Positions 1 through 14,481 of a stretch of 51,680 nt of DNA are shown here, one piece after another; position 1 is the stretch's first letter; each line of letters starts with the position of its first letter. This DNA is from Paraglomus brasilianum (Eukaryota), in contig CAJVPI010000120.1 of the NCBI GenBank assembly GCA_910592345.1, positions 1 to 51,680 of the forward strand, read 5' to 3'. The notes below the pieces were generated by a model. The model did not search any database, was not told the DNA's origin, and saw nothing but the letters and a program-made list of their open reading frames with translations. Both the position numbers and the translations under genes were made by a program.

Positions 1-2
1 AA

Positions 3-326
3 TGTATACCTCATATTAGATTCTTTAACATTTCATCTGAAGCATTTAATGAAAAGGTTGTTCCATACATTGAATTATTACCAAGAGAGTTGCGATCTGA
101 TCTGCTTTATTATCATCCGCAAAATAACTACAAACCTAAAACGCAAATGTTACCACAAAGGAAGGGACAGCAAAAGGATTGCAAACTGACAAAGCCAATT
201 ACAATGTTATCACAAAGGAAGGTACAGCGACCTGATATTGATTCAGTTGTCATTAACAAACAACAGGCATTATGGATCTTACAGAAAATCGCAGAATCAA
301 CACAAAATGGCCGAGCTTTATTTTGA
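3..326 (+). pseudogene. 3' part of a BTB/POZ-BACK(-TLDc)-type protein, apparently ending before the TLDc domain (5' end outside window)
   Basis: Open frame from base 3: CIPHIRFFNISSEAFNEKVVPYIELLPRELRSDLL...MLPQRK...DIDSVVINKQQALWI. This resembles the BACK-to-TLDc linker of the expanded Glomeromycota BTB family. Stops at 326. Internal duplication at 57-bp offset (146 vs 203). Confidence 0.55.
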
Positions 327-1486
327 TCCATTCATTGCGCGTTTATTTTGACAACTGGTCGAGTTACATATATGCAGATTATTTCTAAATCTTGTGCCAT
401 TTTTTTGAACCCCATTGTATATATTAATATGTAACAATTCGGACAGAAAATTAGGCGGAATGTGTCATTTGGAATTAAAAAGTATTCACGTCATCTCTAA
501 TAAAGGACTTTAATTCGAGAATGTTTCTATTAATTCATAAATATTTTCGGTCATACTTCTGTTGAGAATAAGACTTCCTTTTGCCATGTAAACAGCTGAT
601 TCCATGTAACATCAGTATTAAGGGCTCGTATTAGTATAACTCCGTATCAAATCATTTGTCAGTGACACTCGCAATGTTTTCAACGCTTCCTAGTAAATCA
701 TATTGTACTGGGCAAGGTCACGTTACTACAATTTTTGTACAGTCAAACTCCTCTAAATGCATCTCCTCTAAATGCATACTTTTGTCTGAATGCATATTAA
801 TATGCAATCGATTTTCATAAATCTTATAGTATTCTAAACGCATATCACGTGATGTATTATATCAATTTTTCTCGAGGCAATTCTAATTTATCGTTAAAAG
901 CTTTCTTTATTAATATCGCTTAATTACACATTCTAAATCATTCATTAATACTCCTATCTTACTCTACAACAAAATAATTATCCAAACTTTTTTGTACAAG
1001 CGATTCTACCTTCAATCTTTCTAATACATCATTTTTCCTTAATTGATATTGGTGGTGGTTCCGAGTTCTCGTCTTCATCCTCTATTGCCATGTCTCTTTC
1101 CTCGGTTTCTCTTGAACTGCAAAAAAAGCTCAACAACTTCTCCATCAGTAAACTGTCTATCAATGACATTTTCGTTTTCTGGGTTTAAAAAGTCATCGGA
1201 TGCTGATAGCATAATAATTGTATATCGGTTTATTGCTCTTGTAATTTCATGCTCTTCAATATTATCATCGCTTTCTACCTCTGTTACTCCCTCTTCATCT
1301 CGGATTTGACATGTCGGTAATTGTCATAGTTGTCACATCTTGCCACGATTCTCGGATAACAAGATTGCCTCTAAAATCGATAGTTTACTCTTTTTCAAAT
1401 TGTTCCAACAAGCGTCGCACAAACTTCTTCCGATAATGCGCCTTGAAAGATGCAATTATCCCTGCATCACAATGCTGTAATCGTGA

Positions 1487-1607
1487 TGTCCAAGATTCTC
1501 CGTTGCGGTCCATATCGTCGTACAGAACTACGTATTCCCTCGTTGTTAATAATTACAACCAAATTTAAGCGGATGTCTCCGTCTCCCTCCAATGCTTCAT
1601 AAGGACA
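1487..1607. mobile_element. ~120-bp insertion inside the pogo transposase (TGTCC...GGACA ends)
   Basis: Splits the normally contiguous motif LPPNTTS/RLQxxDAGII. It has 5-bp inverted termini starting TG and ending CA; alternatively the flanking GATGT is duplicated. Confidence 0.55.
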
Positions 1608-2203
1608 GCGGATGTTGTGTTTGGTGGTAAAAATTTGATGGTTGTATTATTCAACTCCAACACCGGCAACAACATGACATGGCGCGTTATCAAGAAGAAG
1701 GAGAACTTTCCGCCCTTGCATTTGTTGATCAAAGTAATGTAACCATTCCTGGAACAGAATAGCTGTCATCCAAGCTTTTTTGTTATATCGATACATTACT
1801 CCAAGGTTTCCAAGATTGACGTTTTGAAACAACGGGGGTTTAGCGCTTTGGCCAATGACAAGTAGCTTTAAATCACCACGCATTCGAATTTGCTTTAAAT
1901 TATGTCGCTTTTAAGCCATCCATTTGAAAATGTTAGTGGTATTCGCGCAGGCACTATTCCAGCAGTGCTTTCTCAAGTTCTGGAAATTTTACTTGATCGA
2001 TTTTCACTTTTAACGTCTGTACACAAAGGCGTGAAATTTGCTTGAAAAAGCAGAATAACCAAATATTACCCAAAACGATCTTGTTGAATGGTGAATATTT
2101 GTCAAGGTCGTTTTTGTCATTGGAAAGAACGAAAAATATATCCAATCAATTGCATTTGCTCCATATCATGTGACTATCTTCTAAATGCAAATTCCAGGTA
2201 TTG

Positions 2204-2363
2204 CACAGTGAAATTCACTTTAACGAAGATCGCTTTATAACGAAGTTCTTTCCAGAACGGATTCATATATTTCATATAAAAAGACAGTTCACTTAAGCGA
2301 ACTTTCAGGTTAACGAAGCAAAATCGTGGAACGAATGTCTTCGTTAAAGTGAATTTCACTGTG
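2204..2363. mobile_element. 160-bp MITE nested near the right end of the pogo element
   Basis: Perfect terminal inverted repeat CACAGTGAAATTCACTTTAACGAAGA / TCTTCGTTAAAGTGAATTTCACTGTG, with internal TAACGAAG sub-repeats. Confidence 0.85.
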
Positions 2364-2378
2364 TAGTATGCATTTGAC

Positions 2379-2515
2379 TGTATCGATAATTGTATTAGTA
2401 TACATACAATTTTATTAAAATTTTATTAAAATGGCTTAATACTTTTGAACAAAACAGAATCTCTGCGGTCCCGACAGGTTGCTTGTATCGATAATTGTAT
2501 TAGTATACATACAAT
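2379..2515. repeat. 32-bp direct repeat, two copies (2379-2410, 2484-2515)
   Basis: TGTATCGATAATTGTATTAGTATACATACAAT occurs twice, 105 bp apart, starting at the pogo right end. Confidence 0.9.
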
Positions 2516-2789
2516 GACGAGAAAACAAAATTAAAGAAAAAGAATTAGCCAAAATATTAAGTGAACTAACCTCGTCAATGGCTTTGGGTCCGAGTATTTC
2601 CTCCCATGCAATCTCACAGCTCAGTACCGAATAAAACGGCTGCTAGCATACAGTACGATATCACACATGGGCTTCCTACGCAGACTTCGCTGCTAGACGT
2701 TACACAAACATGTGACTATGGATCTGCGACTATTAATTACAACGTGTATGAGAAGTGACTGTAGCAACAGATAAACGACAACAGCGAAA

Positions 2790-4033
2790 ATGCCAATTGC
2801 TTTCCGTCGTTCTTTACGGCCAACAGTAATCACCAAATCACGTTGTTCACGAAAGTATCATGCAACACAAATAGTACGGGAGGAGAAAAACATAGAGAAT
2901 GTAGCTGATATCATGACAGATGATAATTTGGAAATTGACGAACAAAAAGACCAACAACCCATACAACGTGATCGAAGGTGGAAGGTGAAGGCATGGCTCC
3001 AAGAGCAAGAGCAGCGACTTGAAATCTTGCGAGGGTCAAAATACCTCGCCGGCACCAATGTAAACACATATTACTTCCGAGTCTTTAATAATCCGCTGTG
3101 TACGTCTGAAAGTCTAAATTTAACCACGTTCTGTTCCCCTCCCTTACGATAGCCATTCCCAATGAACCCCCTTTTTAAACCTCAACCGCCCGTATCAGAT
3201 GCAAAACGCGAGGAAATATACCGACTTTTCGTCGATGATCGGCTCACACCCCGTAATATTGCTGATAAACATGGAATCTCTATCAAACGAACAGAAGCAA
3301 TATTAAAATTGAAAGATGAAGAAAAAAAGCTCATGAAAAAGGTGAACGTCGAACATTTGCCTATCGGATATTGCGTTTGAATGGCTCGCTATTGAATGTA
3401 TGCTTACTACATTATTTGCAAAGGGTGTAGTATTGCAGCGGGATCTTCAAACTAACATGGAGAAAATGCTCGGAGTTGAAAGTCTCACAAGGGCCATTGA
3501 ACCATTGAGCACAATTATTCCAAAAGTAAAGAAACCGCGATTTCAACTCATCGAAGAAGGCTCTAAATTCACACCGGATGTTAGTTATATGTCTTCTTAT
3601 TACTACTATTCCACGATTATCAGCATCGTTAGTTCTTTTCTAATCTTCATCTTCTCAGGATGCTGCGCGAATATTAGGACGTGAACCGCTTGAGCAAATA
3701 CAACAAAGACAGCTCGAGCATGAGCATTGTTATCCATTTTCACTCGACGATACCAAAAAGAAGGATGCTTTTCGCACTATCAAGAAGGACGATTGTGAGA
3801 CAAATAAGAGGTTCAAATTTGTTTTTGTTGATACAGAGGTATGATTAGGGATGTGTAAGGGGTATCTGTAAGGGCAACGATCTAGATGCTGCGACATCCG
3901 AAGTTAATCAATTTGTTCTTGATAATAGAAAAAGAAAACTTTGATACGTGAACAGGATGGGACATTGCTTGAGAAAGTTGACGTTGATTCTGACATGGCC
4001 ATTGCCAATAAAAATAGTAAAACGGGTTTATAA
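2790..4033 (+). CDS. Mitochondrial small-subunit ribosomal protein mS45 (Bot1/Mrps35 family), 5 exons
   Basis: Exons ~2790-3059, 3153-3341, 3424-3579, 3659-3838, 3929-4033 with GT-AG joins. R/S-rich presequence MPIAFRRSLRPT; motifs YLAGTN-PFPMNPLFKPQPPVSD, IADKHGISIKRTEAILKLK, FKFVFVDT, IREQDGTL. Confidence 0.8.
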
Positions 4034-4190
4034 TTCATTTCTATCGCAAGAGTGAGGCGATTGTTGTAGACCGCTTTTTCCAATTGCCAACGTGTTCGAC
4101 CGGTATTCTGCTATACGATATCATGTCTAGGGCAATGGTATCAGACAATACGATCAAAGAATAATTTATTGATTTTATGAGTGTAAACAA

Positions 4191-6716
<2,526 letters not shown>

Positions 6717-8229
6717 GGTTTCCAGTTAGAAGAGAGAGAACTATGCATTTATGATATTTGTCGGATACCGCTAAATGAGTGGAACTGTCACGCAATGTAA
6801 TTAATCATAGATCGCTAGGCATCAAGATGATCAGAGATTTCAGGGGTTGAGAACGCCCACACTTCCTACTTGGGTACACTCAATAATAATATTTATGACT
6901 GAGAAAAAAATTTCAGTCTTGTCAGGCATAAAAATTGAGCACTAAAGAACCGAAATAGTTTAACGACTTTTTTTTTTAAAACATAAACTTGTTATATAAT
7001 GTGATCATTTTAATGGTAAGCAACATAGCATGGGTGGGAAGGAATAATTGATCCAAAGTTTTTCTATTGCTTTATAATATAGCTCATAATATTTGCTCTC
7101 TATTCCTATGGACGGGCACTCGCGTAATCCGTTTCCGGCGTCATTTTGTTGACTTACTATTGTACTAATACTAGATAAATTTTTAGCGATGCAAGTGGTT
7201 TTTATCAAGATTATCAAGTTTAGATTTGACAAATTTTTTTATTTAGGAAACTTGTGCTGTGCTAAGTCGTACAATTACTGAAATTTAATTTTTAAATTTA
7301 GTTCAGGGTAATCTTCGTGACTAGTCAATATCCCCGTCACTCACTATTATTTACTTTGTGTTAATAAGAATGGTATGAGCCTAGGTTGTGTCGACAGATT
7401 GACACTTTCCGCTCGCGTAATTGCGTACCAATATTAATATCTTTCGATCTAATCGATAGCCCATCCCGTATCAACTCTAGATACTTTAAAAAAAGAGCTT
7501 TTTATTACAAAAGGGCTTGCAACTAACTAATAAATATCAATTGGAATTAACCTTTTTTGACGATGGAATTTGTATCTTTTCGCAGTCGATGATTCTCTGC
7601 GCATTTCCATTTGCTTGTTTTATCATGCCTATCCTTCCGCGAGATTGCTCAATGACTTTACCCTTTTTATTTCCCTCGATTTCGTGAAGCCGACACTGAC
7701 TTCTGCGCCTCCCATTTGCGAGGTGTTAAGATTCAATCTGAACGGGCAGCTTCATCTTTTTGGTTGATCGTGAAATTTTAACCTAAAGATCACGTGCGTG
7801 AACAATTGTTCGGGATGTAGCCCGCGATACATGCAAAAATAATCAAAGTCTAATGTTCGCGGACTATTATACATAATTGTTTTTTCAAACGATACCCCTT
7901 ATTCTATTACCTCACCCCCCGGAGGTGAAAATTGTTCTGGGACTCGAAAACTTTTCGCATTAAATATAATTGTTAATAATATCAATAAACTTGATTAAAG
8001 CTTCCACGGAAAATGCAATCTCCAGACTTTTGAAAATTTATATTGTTTGGAGGATATAATAGCAATTCGGTATTGGTGGTATGCCATTCGAGCAAGAGAA
8101 AAGCCGACGTGGATGCAGAAGCTAATGTACAAGCTAATTTACGCCCTTACCTCCAAAATTGCAGTTGACACGAGTAAGTTAAAGGTAGGGTATATTCGGC
8201 TAATAATTTGATGTGCCAAAAGCCTTAAA

Positions 8230-8405
8230 GCTCATTTGGTGGAAACCTTTCAATTACAGATGTGCTCGGTTTCATCTTTGCTGAATTTGAATTTAAACAA
8301 TACGATAATTTAGGAATGGTGGAGGCTGTACTTTTTCAATGCCATAAGTGGAAAGCATTTTATTATGATGCAAAACCGGATTTGTCTCAAATCCAAGTTT
8401 GAGTT
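8230..8405 (+). mobile_element. Possible highly decayed Ty1/copia integrase fragment
   Basis: KAFYYDAKPDLSQIQV* resembles the copia 'P-E---GKKPDLSHLRVFG' segment. No LTRs seen. Confidence 0.25.
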
Positions 8406-9459
8406 ACACTATTCGCATTTTTGACTGGTGTCTTGTATCGTACAGTGTGGAGAATTGAGAGCGCCACAAGTGAGTTGGCAACATACCAGATTGAAGCTCT
8501 TAAAATTATTTAATACACTTTCTATCGAATCCAATTTTTAATTTACATCTCACTTGAGCTGTTTTGGTTTTTAACTCTCAGCCAACATAAGTCCAAATTT
8601 TTCTAGTGATATGAAAGATTGTGCAAAAAGGCTTTGCTTCATAAATCTTCTTTGGACTTGCTTGATCCCATGACTAAATATCTTAGCCAACAATGTCTAA
8701 CTTCATCAACTAATGAGAATTAACATAGAATTCAACCCAAATGTCTAATCGAATAAGACTTTCCCAATTTCTCTCGCTCCAATCTGATTAGATGAGGCGT
8801 ATCAGTTAATAATTCGAGTTTCCAATTCGTTTCTACCCTATAAATTACAATCATCCTATAAACTGTGATTCTTGGGCACGATTAGCCAATTTTGTACATG
8901 TTACAATTTATTAAAAAACCAAACTTCTATGACAGAAACGTCTGTCTTAATTAAAGGGGATATTGTTTATCAAATTTTTTTAGACAAATATGAGAGTAGC
9001 ATTGTGATACGGCAATTATCGGCAAAATTCACATTGACTTTCGTGTGTATTAGTGTACGACTAGATTGACGCAATTGAATGTTTGCTATCGAAACTCGGA
9101 TTGCACATACCTGTCCAACGCTTGATTGTTCGTGCGTGTCACTGAGATTACCTTTATATCTGCAAACTTATTTTGAACCGAGAATGGGTCATATCGTCAT
9201 ATCCTAGTACAAGTTAGTCGATAGTTTGAAAATAAAATGCCATATGCGTTACACAGGGCATATTGATCAGTAACTACTATTGTTCAGGATGCGTGTTTGT
9301 ATATGCTTAGATTGTCGATTGACTATAAATGGGTGAACGTGGGGAAGAGCAACTTCCAATTTCGGGAAGATTGTCACCATCAATGTTCGTCCCAAAAGAG
9401 AAATAAATACCTGGAAAAAAAAGTTCAACCGGTTTATTTCTTGCATACCGATAATAGTA

Positions 9460-11592
9460 ATGGGCAAAGGCAGCAGAACAAGACAGTCTCTTCGTCAACT
9501 CCCTTCTGACATAGACAATTCTAACACAGCTCAAGATCACTTATACAAGAAACATCATTACATCTCGAAGAGAAGATCAGACGACGAGGGATGGAAAGAA
9601 GAAAAACCGCCGTATTATGTTTTGCTGACCACATATTTCTCTTATCTTGTACTTATATGCTTTGGTCATCTGAGAGACTTCTTCGGGAAGAGATTTAGAA
9701 GTAAGAATTATCGACATCTGAGAGAACAGAACGTAAGTATGAATTCGCATTGCATCGGATGCACGAGATTAAATTAACTTGCATTTGTGGATGGTATACC
9801 TTCACCATGCATTCATTCTCCCCATTGGTTTAAGTTTTATCACTATCAAACGTCGAGATAACTATTGTTTTTGCAATCTTAACTTTATCTTGTCATCTTA
9901 GGGCTATGCACCACTGAATTCTGACTTCGACAATTTCTACGTGCGCCGTCTAAAATGTCGTATCAACGACTGTTTTAGTCGGCCTATTACTGGAGTCCCT
10001 GGTCGTAAGGTTACCCTCCTCGAACGCGAGACAAAAGACTATTGCAGAACATTTCAATTAACTGGAAACACTCGCGAATGCCTAAATTTAAGCAGTTATA
10101 ACTATCTTGGATTCGCTCAGAATAAGGGTCCATGTGCGGATGCTGTTGAGGCCACAATCAGAAAGTATGGTGTAGCTGTGTATAGTCCGAGGATGGAAGT
10201 TGGTAAGAGAGGTTTGGGAGAAGAGACTAATTAGTGGAAATCACGCGTTGAAAATATTCAAAATTGATTACTGAAATATGCTATCCTCTGAACTTGTCAA
10301 AGAATACAATTAAATTGCGTCCTCTTCCTTAAAATATAAGGCACGACCGATCTACACCACCAAGTTGAATCTCTTGTCGCTCGCTTTGTCGGCAAGCCCA
10401 GTGCTATGGTGATCTCTATGGGCTATGCAACGAACTCGACAACACTGCCTGCACTAGTCTCGAAGGGGTGTCTGATAATCTCCGATGAACTTAATCATTC
10501 TTCGATTGTCTTTGGGTCTAGATTATCGGGTGCATTTATTCGTGTCTATAAACATAATGATATGAATGAGTTGGAGACCTTGTTGAGAGAGTGTATTTCA
10601 CAGGGACAGCCGAGGACACACAGACCATGGAAAAAGATTTTGGTTATCGTAGAGGGGATATATTCTATGGAAGGGAGCATTTGTAATTTACCAAAGATCG
10701 TAGAGTTGAAGAGGAAGTATAAAGTAAGTAACGGTGAGGTAAAAAGGGAATAGATAGGCATTAAGAAGTTTCTAGTGCTTGAAGTTTGTATATTGTTCTG
10801 CGTTGATCATAACCAACTTGGGTTAATTGGTGATTTCCCAATATGGTCAAGTAGTGCATTAGCACAATGTTATGAAGTTGATGTCAGAGACTTAACTAAT
10901 ACAATGACCATCCCTTACTTCGTCAGTTTCACTTGTACGTAGACGAAGCACACAGTATAGGAGCCTTAGGTCCTCGTGGGAGAGGAGTATGTGATTACTA
11001 CGGCATAGACCCGTCTGAGATTGACATTCTCATGGGTACATTCACCAAATCCTTTGGAGCAGCCGGAGGTTATATTGCTGCGTCTCCGGAAATAATCTCT
11101 CATCTTCGTCTTTTCAATTATTCATCAATATATGCGGAATCTACCTCTCCGATAGTTCTCCAGCAAATATATACCTCTATGACCATTATTATGGGTGAAG
11201 ATGGCACAGAAAATGGACGAGAAAGACTGGAAAGGCTTGCTTTCAATGCGAGGTATTTGGGGACGAATTTGAAAAGACTAGGGTTTATTCTGTACGGAGA
11301 CAGAGACTCGCCTATTTTACCATTATTGTTATATAATCCGGCCAAAATTCCGGCGTTTTCGAGGGAACTGTTGAAGAGAGGGATTGCAGTTGTAGTCGTT
11401 GGGTATCCCGCGACCCCCATTATTTCTTCTAGAACGAGGTTTTGCGTGAGTGCTGCTCATACTAAGGAGGATTTAGATGAGATCTTGAAGGTTTGTGATG
11501 AGGTCGGGGAAATTTTACAGTTGAAGTTGTCGAATAAGTCACCAGGGCTAAGTATAGAGGATGTATTGAGAGATGGGGAGATAGGGTTGTGA
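9460..11592 (+). CDS. LCB2: Serine palmitoyltransferase catalytic subunit LCB2, 4 exons
   Basis: Exons 9460-9732, 9902-10202, 10341-10723, 10927-11592. Motifs [57 protein letters not shown] and the PLP-lysine motif [12 protein letters not shown]. Confidence 0.97.
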
Positions 11593-12420
11593 AGTTAGTA
11601 GGCTTGGACTAGGATGCGTTGCTGAAATAATATAGAACAAAATATAGACAAGGTGACTATTACTATGAGAACGTTAGAATGCTACGACGGAAAATGAATC
11701 CTTTGAATGTAACATGTAATATTTATATTGTAAGAATAAGAATTGAGTTTAACAAATTTCCATCTTCGGCTATTTTTCTTTGGGGAAAGTGAAATGCAAC
11801 ATTGTGAAGCAACCGTAGAATGGCCAGTTCGCAGTTGCTAATTGGGGTAGATCGCCATTATGAGCAAAATGTTAGGCAGATAAGTTTTCGCTTGTACTAA
11901 ATAAGATGTTTACAAGGATTGTATGGGAAACCAGTCAAATACTTGTGAACGGAATCTTGGAAAGTTAAAATAGGATTTGAATCTTAATCAGCTAGGTGGG
12001 TGAAGACCATATGAAAAAAAAAATCTATTCAAATGATTGCGCCGAATTGGCGAAGGTTATGCGAAGAATTTATCAGGAAAATCACGTTACTCCATTATTA
12101 ATGCAGGTTTGAGCAAAATTCTCTAATGTTAATATATACCATTATCTAGCGCGCTAATGAATGTCGATCATGTTCTAAATGTATAACACAGTGTTCCTGC
12201 ATGATTACATCATTCGAGCAACTTATTAATTTCTTAGAGCCTTATCTAGTTATAAAAACTGCGGTCAGAAAGTTAATTCGAAGCTCAAGACTGCGGCACA
12301 GCGATTGTTTAGACTAATTCGAACTATAATGTCAGTTACACGAATAGGCGTTTTTTCGAATATATATATTAAGCGGTATTTGTCAATTACATTGCCAACT
12401 ACCTTGCCAACTACCTTGTA

Positions 12421-14481
12421 ATGGAAGAGACATCCACGCTTCAGATCCAAGCATACTTAGACGAAATCAATGTCGTCAAAGCATTAAGAGGGAGACAACT
12501 TACCGACCAAGACATTGCAATTGATATGTTTGAAGAAGAGTTAAAGAAACTAGTTGAATCTAGGAGGAAAGTTAATGAAACGAGGAAAGTCAATGAAACG
12601 AGGACAGTTAATGAAACGAGGAAAGTTAATGAAACGAGGAAAGTTAATGAAACGAGGAAAGTTAATGAAACGAGGAAAGTTAACGAACCGAGGAAAGTTA
12701 ATGAGACGAAGAAAGAGCAGACCAAATCCAAGTACAAAGGTAACATAAAATTATGATATGATATGGATAGGGTTGCTGCCGAAGAGAGCAGATATAGAAT
12801 ACCACATAATAATATTAGGAGTCGTAAGCATTGTTTCAAACAATATATCGATACATAATTAATCCAGTGTATAAAATTTCGTTCTTTTCAAGGCAAAGCA
12901 TCTGAATACAGAAGTATTAACGAGACCAGTAAACCTGACAAAACACCTACTGTAAAATCCCTATCAAAGAATGATCCCCGTATTCCTCACCTTGAAAAGC
13001 TAACCTCATCGACATCCAATTGCGTTGCCTGTTTTGAATCGTGCACGGTATACTCTGTTGCTTGTTCCCATGCTTTCTGTATGGACTGCTTCCGTCAGTT
13101 GTTTATCTCGGCTACAACAGACGAATCATTGATACCAGTGCGTTGCTGTGACAAAATTATTGGAATGAAACACGCTCGAGCCATGCTATTTCCGAGAGAA
13201 TTTGAAAAGTTCAAAAAAAAATGTTTGGAAGTAAGGTCAAGAAACAAAGTATATTGTCCCGTCAAAACATGTTCTGAGTGGATCTTGGTAAATAAGAACC
13301 AGACAGAAGTTGAATGTAACAAATGTCGTGCGCGGATCTGCACCAGGTGCTCCACCCTTGCGCACGAGAACACAGATTGTCCGCGGGATGAAGAGCTTTT
13401 GAAACTCAGAGAACTCGCGTCCACAGCTGGCTGGAAAGACTGCCCCCAATGCCACTTCATCATTGAACTTACTATTGGTTGCTACCATATGACATGCCGT
13501 TGCGGTTACCAGTTCTGCTATCTCTGTTCTGCTAAATGGCGCACTTGCAATTGTCGTCAATGGGATGAAGTTCGTCTTCAGAACGAGGCTCGTACACGAA
13601 TTGTAAACATCCAACCACAGCTGGCTGGTGCACATCTGGAGAGAAGAGTCGGAGAGTTCGCAGAAGAATTAAGGGTGAGACACGAATGTAGACACAAATG
13701 GGAGAACAGGAGATGGGATTTTGCTCGAGATTGTGGGAACTGCAATTGGAATATGATTTGGTATGGATGGGAATGTGAGACATGTTTATGGAGGGTTTGT
13801 GCTAAGTGCAGATTTCACAGAATTCGAGTCAACAGACGAGTAGGTAGTGAAGCGAATGCGAGTTCATCTGCGCAGACACCTAGGCATACCACCGCAGTTT
13901 CATCTAGAAGGATAACTAGCACTGTTACTGCAAGTTCGTCAACAAGTACGAACAATCATTCCAATACAAACCCAATCAATTACTCAAACAGTTCCCGTAG
14001 GACTATGACTGACAGGACCACTCCTGCAAGAGCATCCTCAAATGCGTCCGCAAGTACAAGTAGAACCATTGGGGTGAGTGCGCCTACAAATACAAGGGGA
14101 ATCGTTAGTGCGAGAATCATCAGTGCGAGCTCACCTGCAAGAACCATCGGAGTGAGTTTATCTGCAAATACAAAGAGAATCATCAACGCAAGCTCAACCG
14201 CAAGTACAACATATGCAAATTCAAGAAGTTCACTTGCAAGTACAAGTGGAACAACCAGAGCAAGTTCAAGCAGAAGCTCTGGTAGTATGTATCAATCAGG
14301 AACTATATCAAGAGACACAAGTAGAAATATCGCTAAACCTAACAGTTCATCCTTCGGTTCGTCATATATATCGAATAATTACGATAGTTATTATGGAACT
14401 AGGGTTAGTTATCCGCAAAGTTCACCGTCAATCGTTAATCGGAGCTGTAAACAAAAAGAATCGCAGTGTATTCTCTTATAG
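12421..14481 (+). CDS. RBR (RING1-IBR-RING2) E3 ubiquitin ligase with extra C-terminal Cys/His finger, S/T-rich tail and CaaX end
   Basis: Exons 12421-12739 and 12893-14481 join in frame. RING1 CVACF...CSHAFCMDC...RCC; IBR YCPVKTC...CNKC...CTRC...H...C; RING2 CPQC...GCYHMTCRCGYQFCYLC; ends QCILL*. Confidence 0.9.
12565..12708 (+). repeat. Coding minisatellite, 8 x 18 bp (RKVNET)
   Basis: Unit AGGAAAGTTAATGAAACG with few substitutions, in exon 1 of the RBR gene. Confidence 0.95.

Larger units (their letters stand above)
740..2380 (-). mobile_element. Decayed pogo/Tigger (Tc1-mariner superfamily) DNA transposon with DDE_1 and CENP-B-like HTH remnants
   Basis: TA|CAGTCAAA... at 738-747 and ...TTTGACTG|TA at 2373-2382. 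Minus-strand fragments VKFPELEKALLE, KLLVIGQSAKP...NKKAWMTAILFQEWL...VLLLLDNAPCH, FLPPNTTS and SRLQHCDAGIIASFK, broken by stops and frameshifts. Confidence 0.9.

Noticed and set aside
2379..2515. 32-bp repeat-spacer-repeat as a mini CRISPR
   Set aside because: Only two copies, a 73-bp AT-rich spacer, no cas genes and a eukaryotic context.
12565..12708. Regular short repeats as a CRISPR array
   Set aside because: Units are contiguous with no spacers and lie in frame in a eukaryotic exon.
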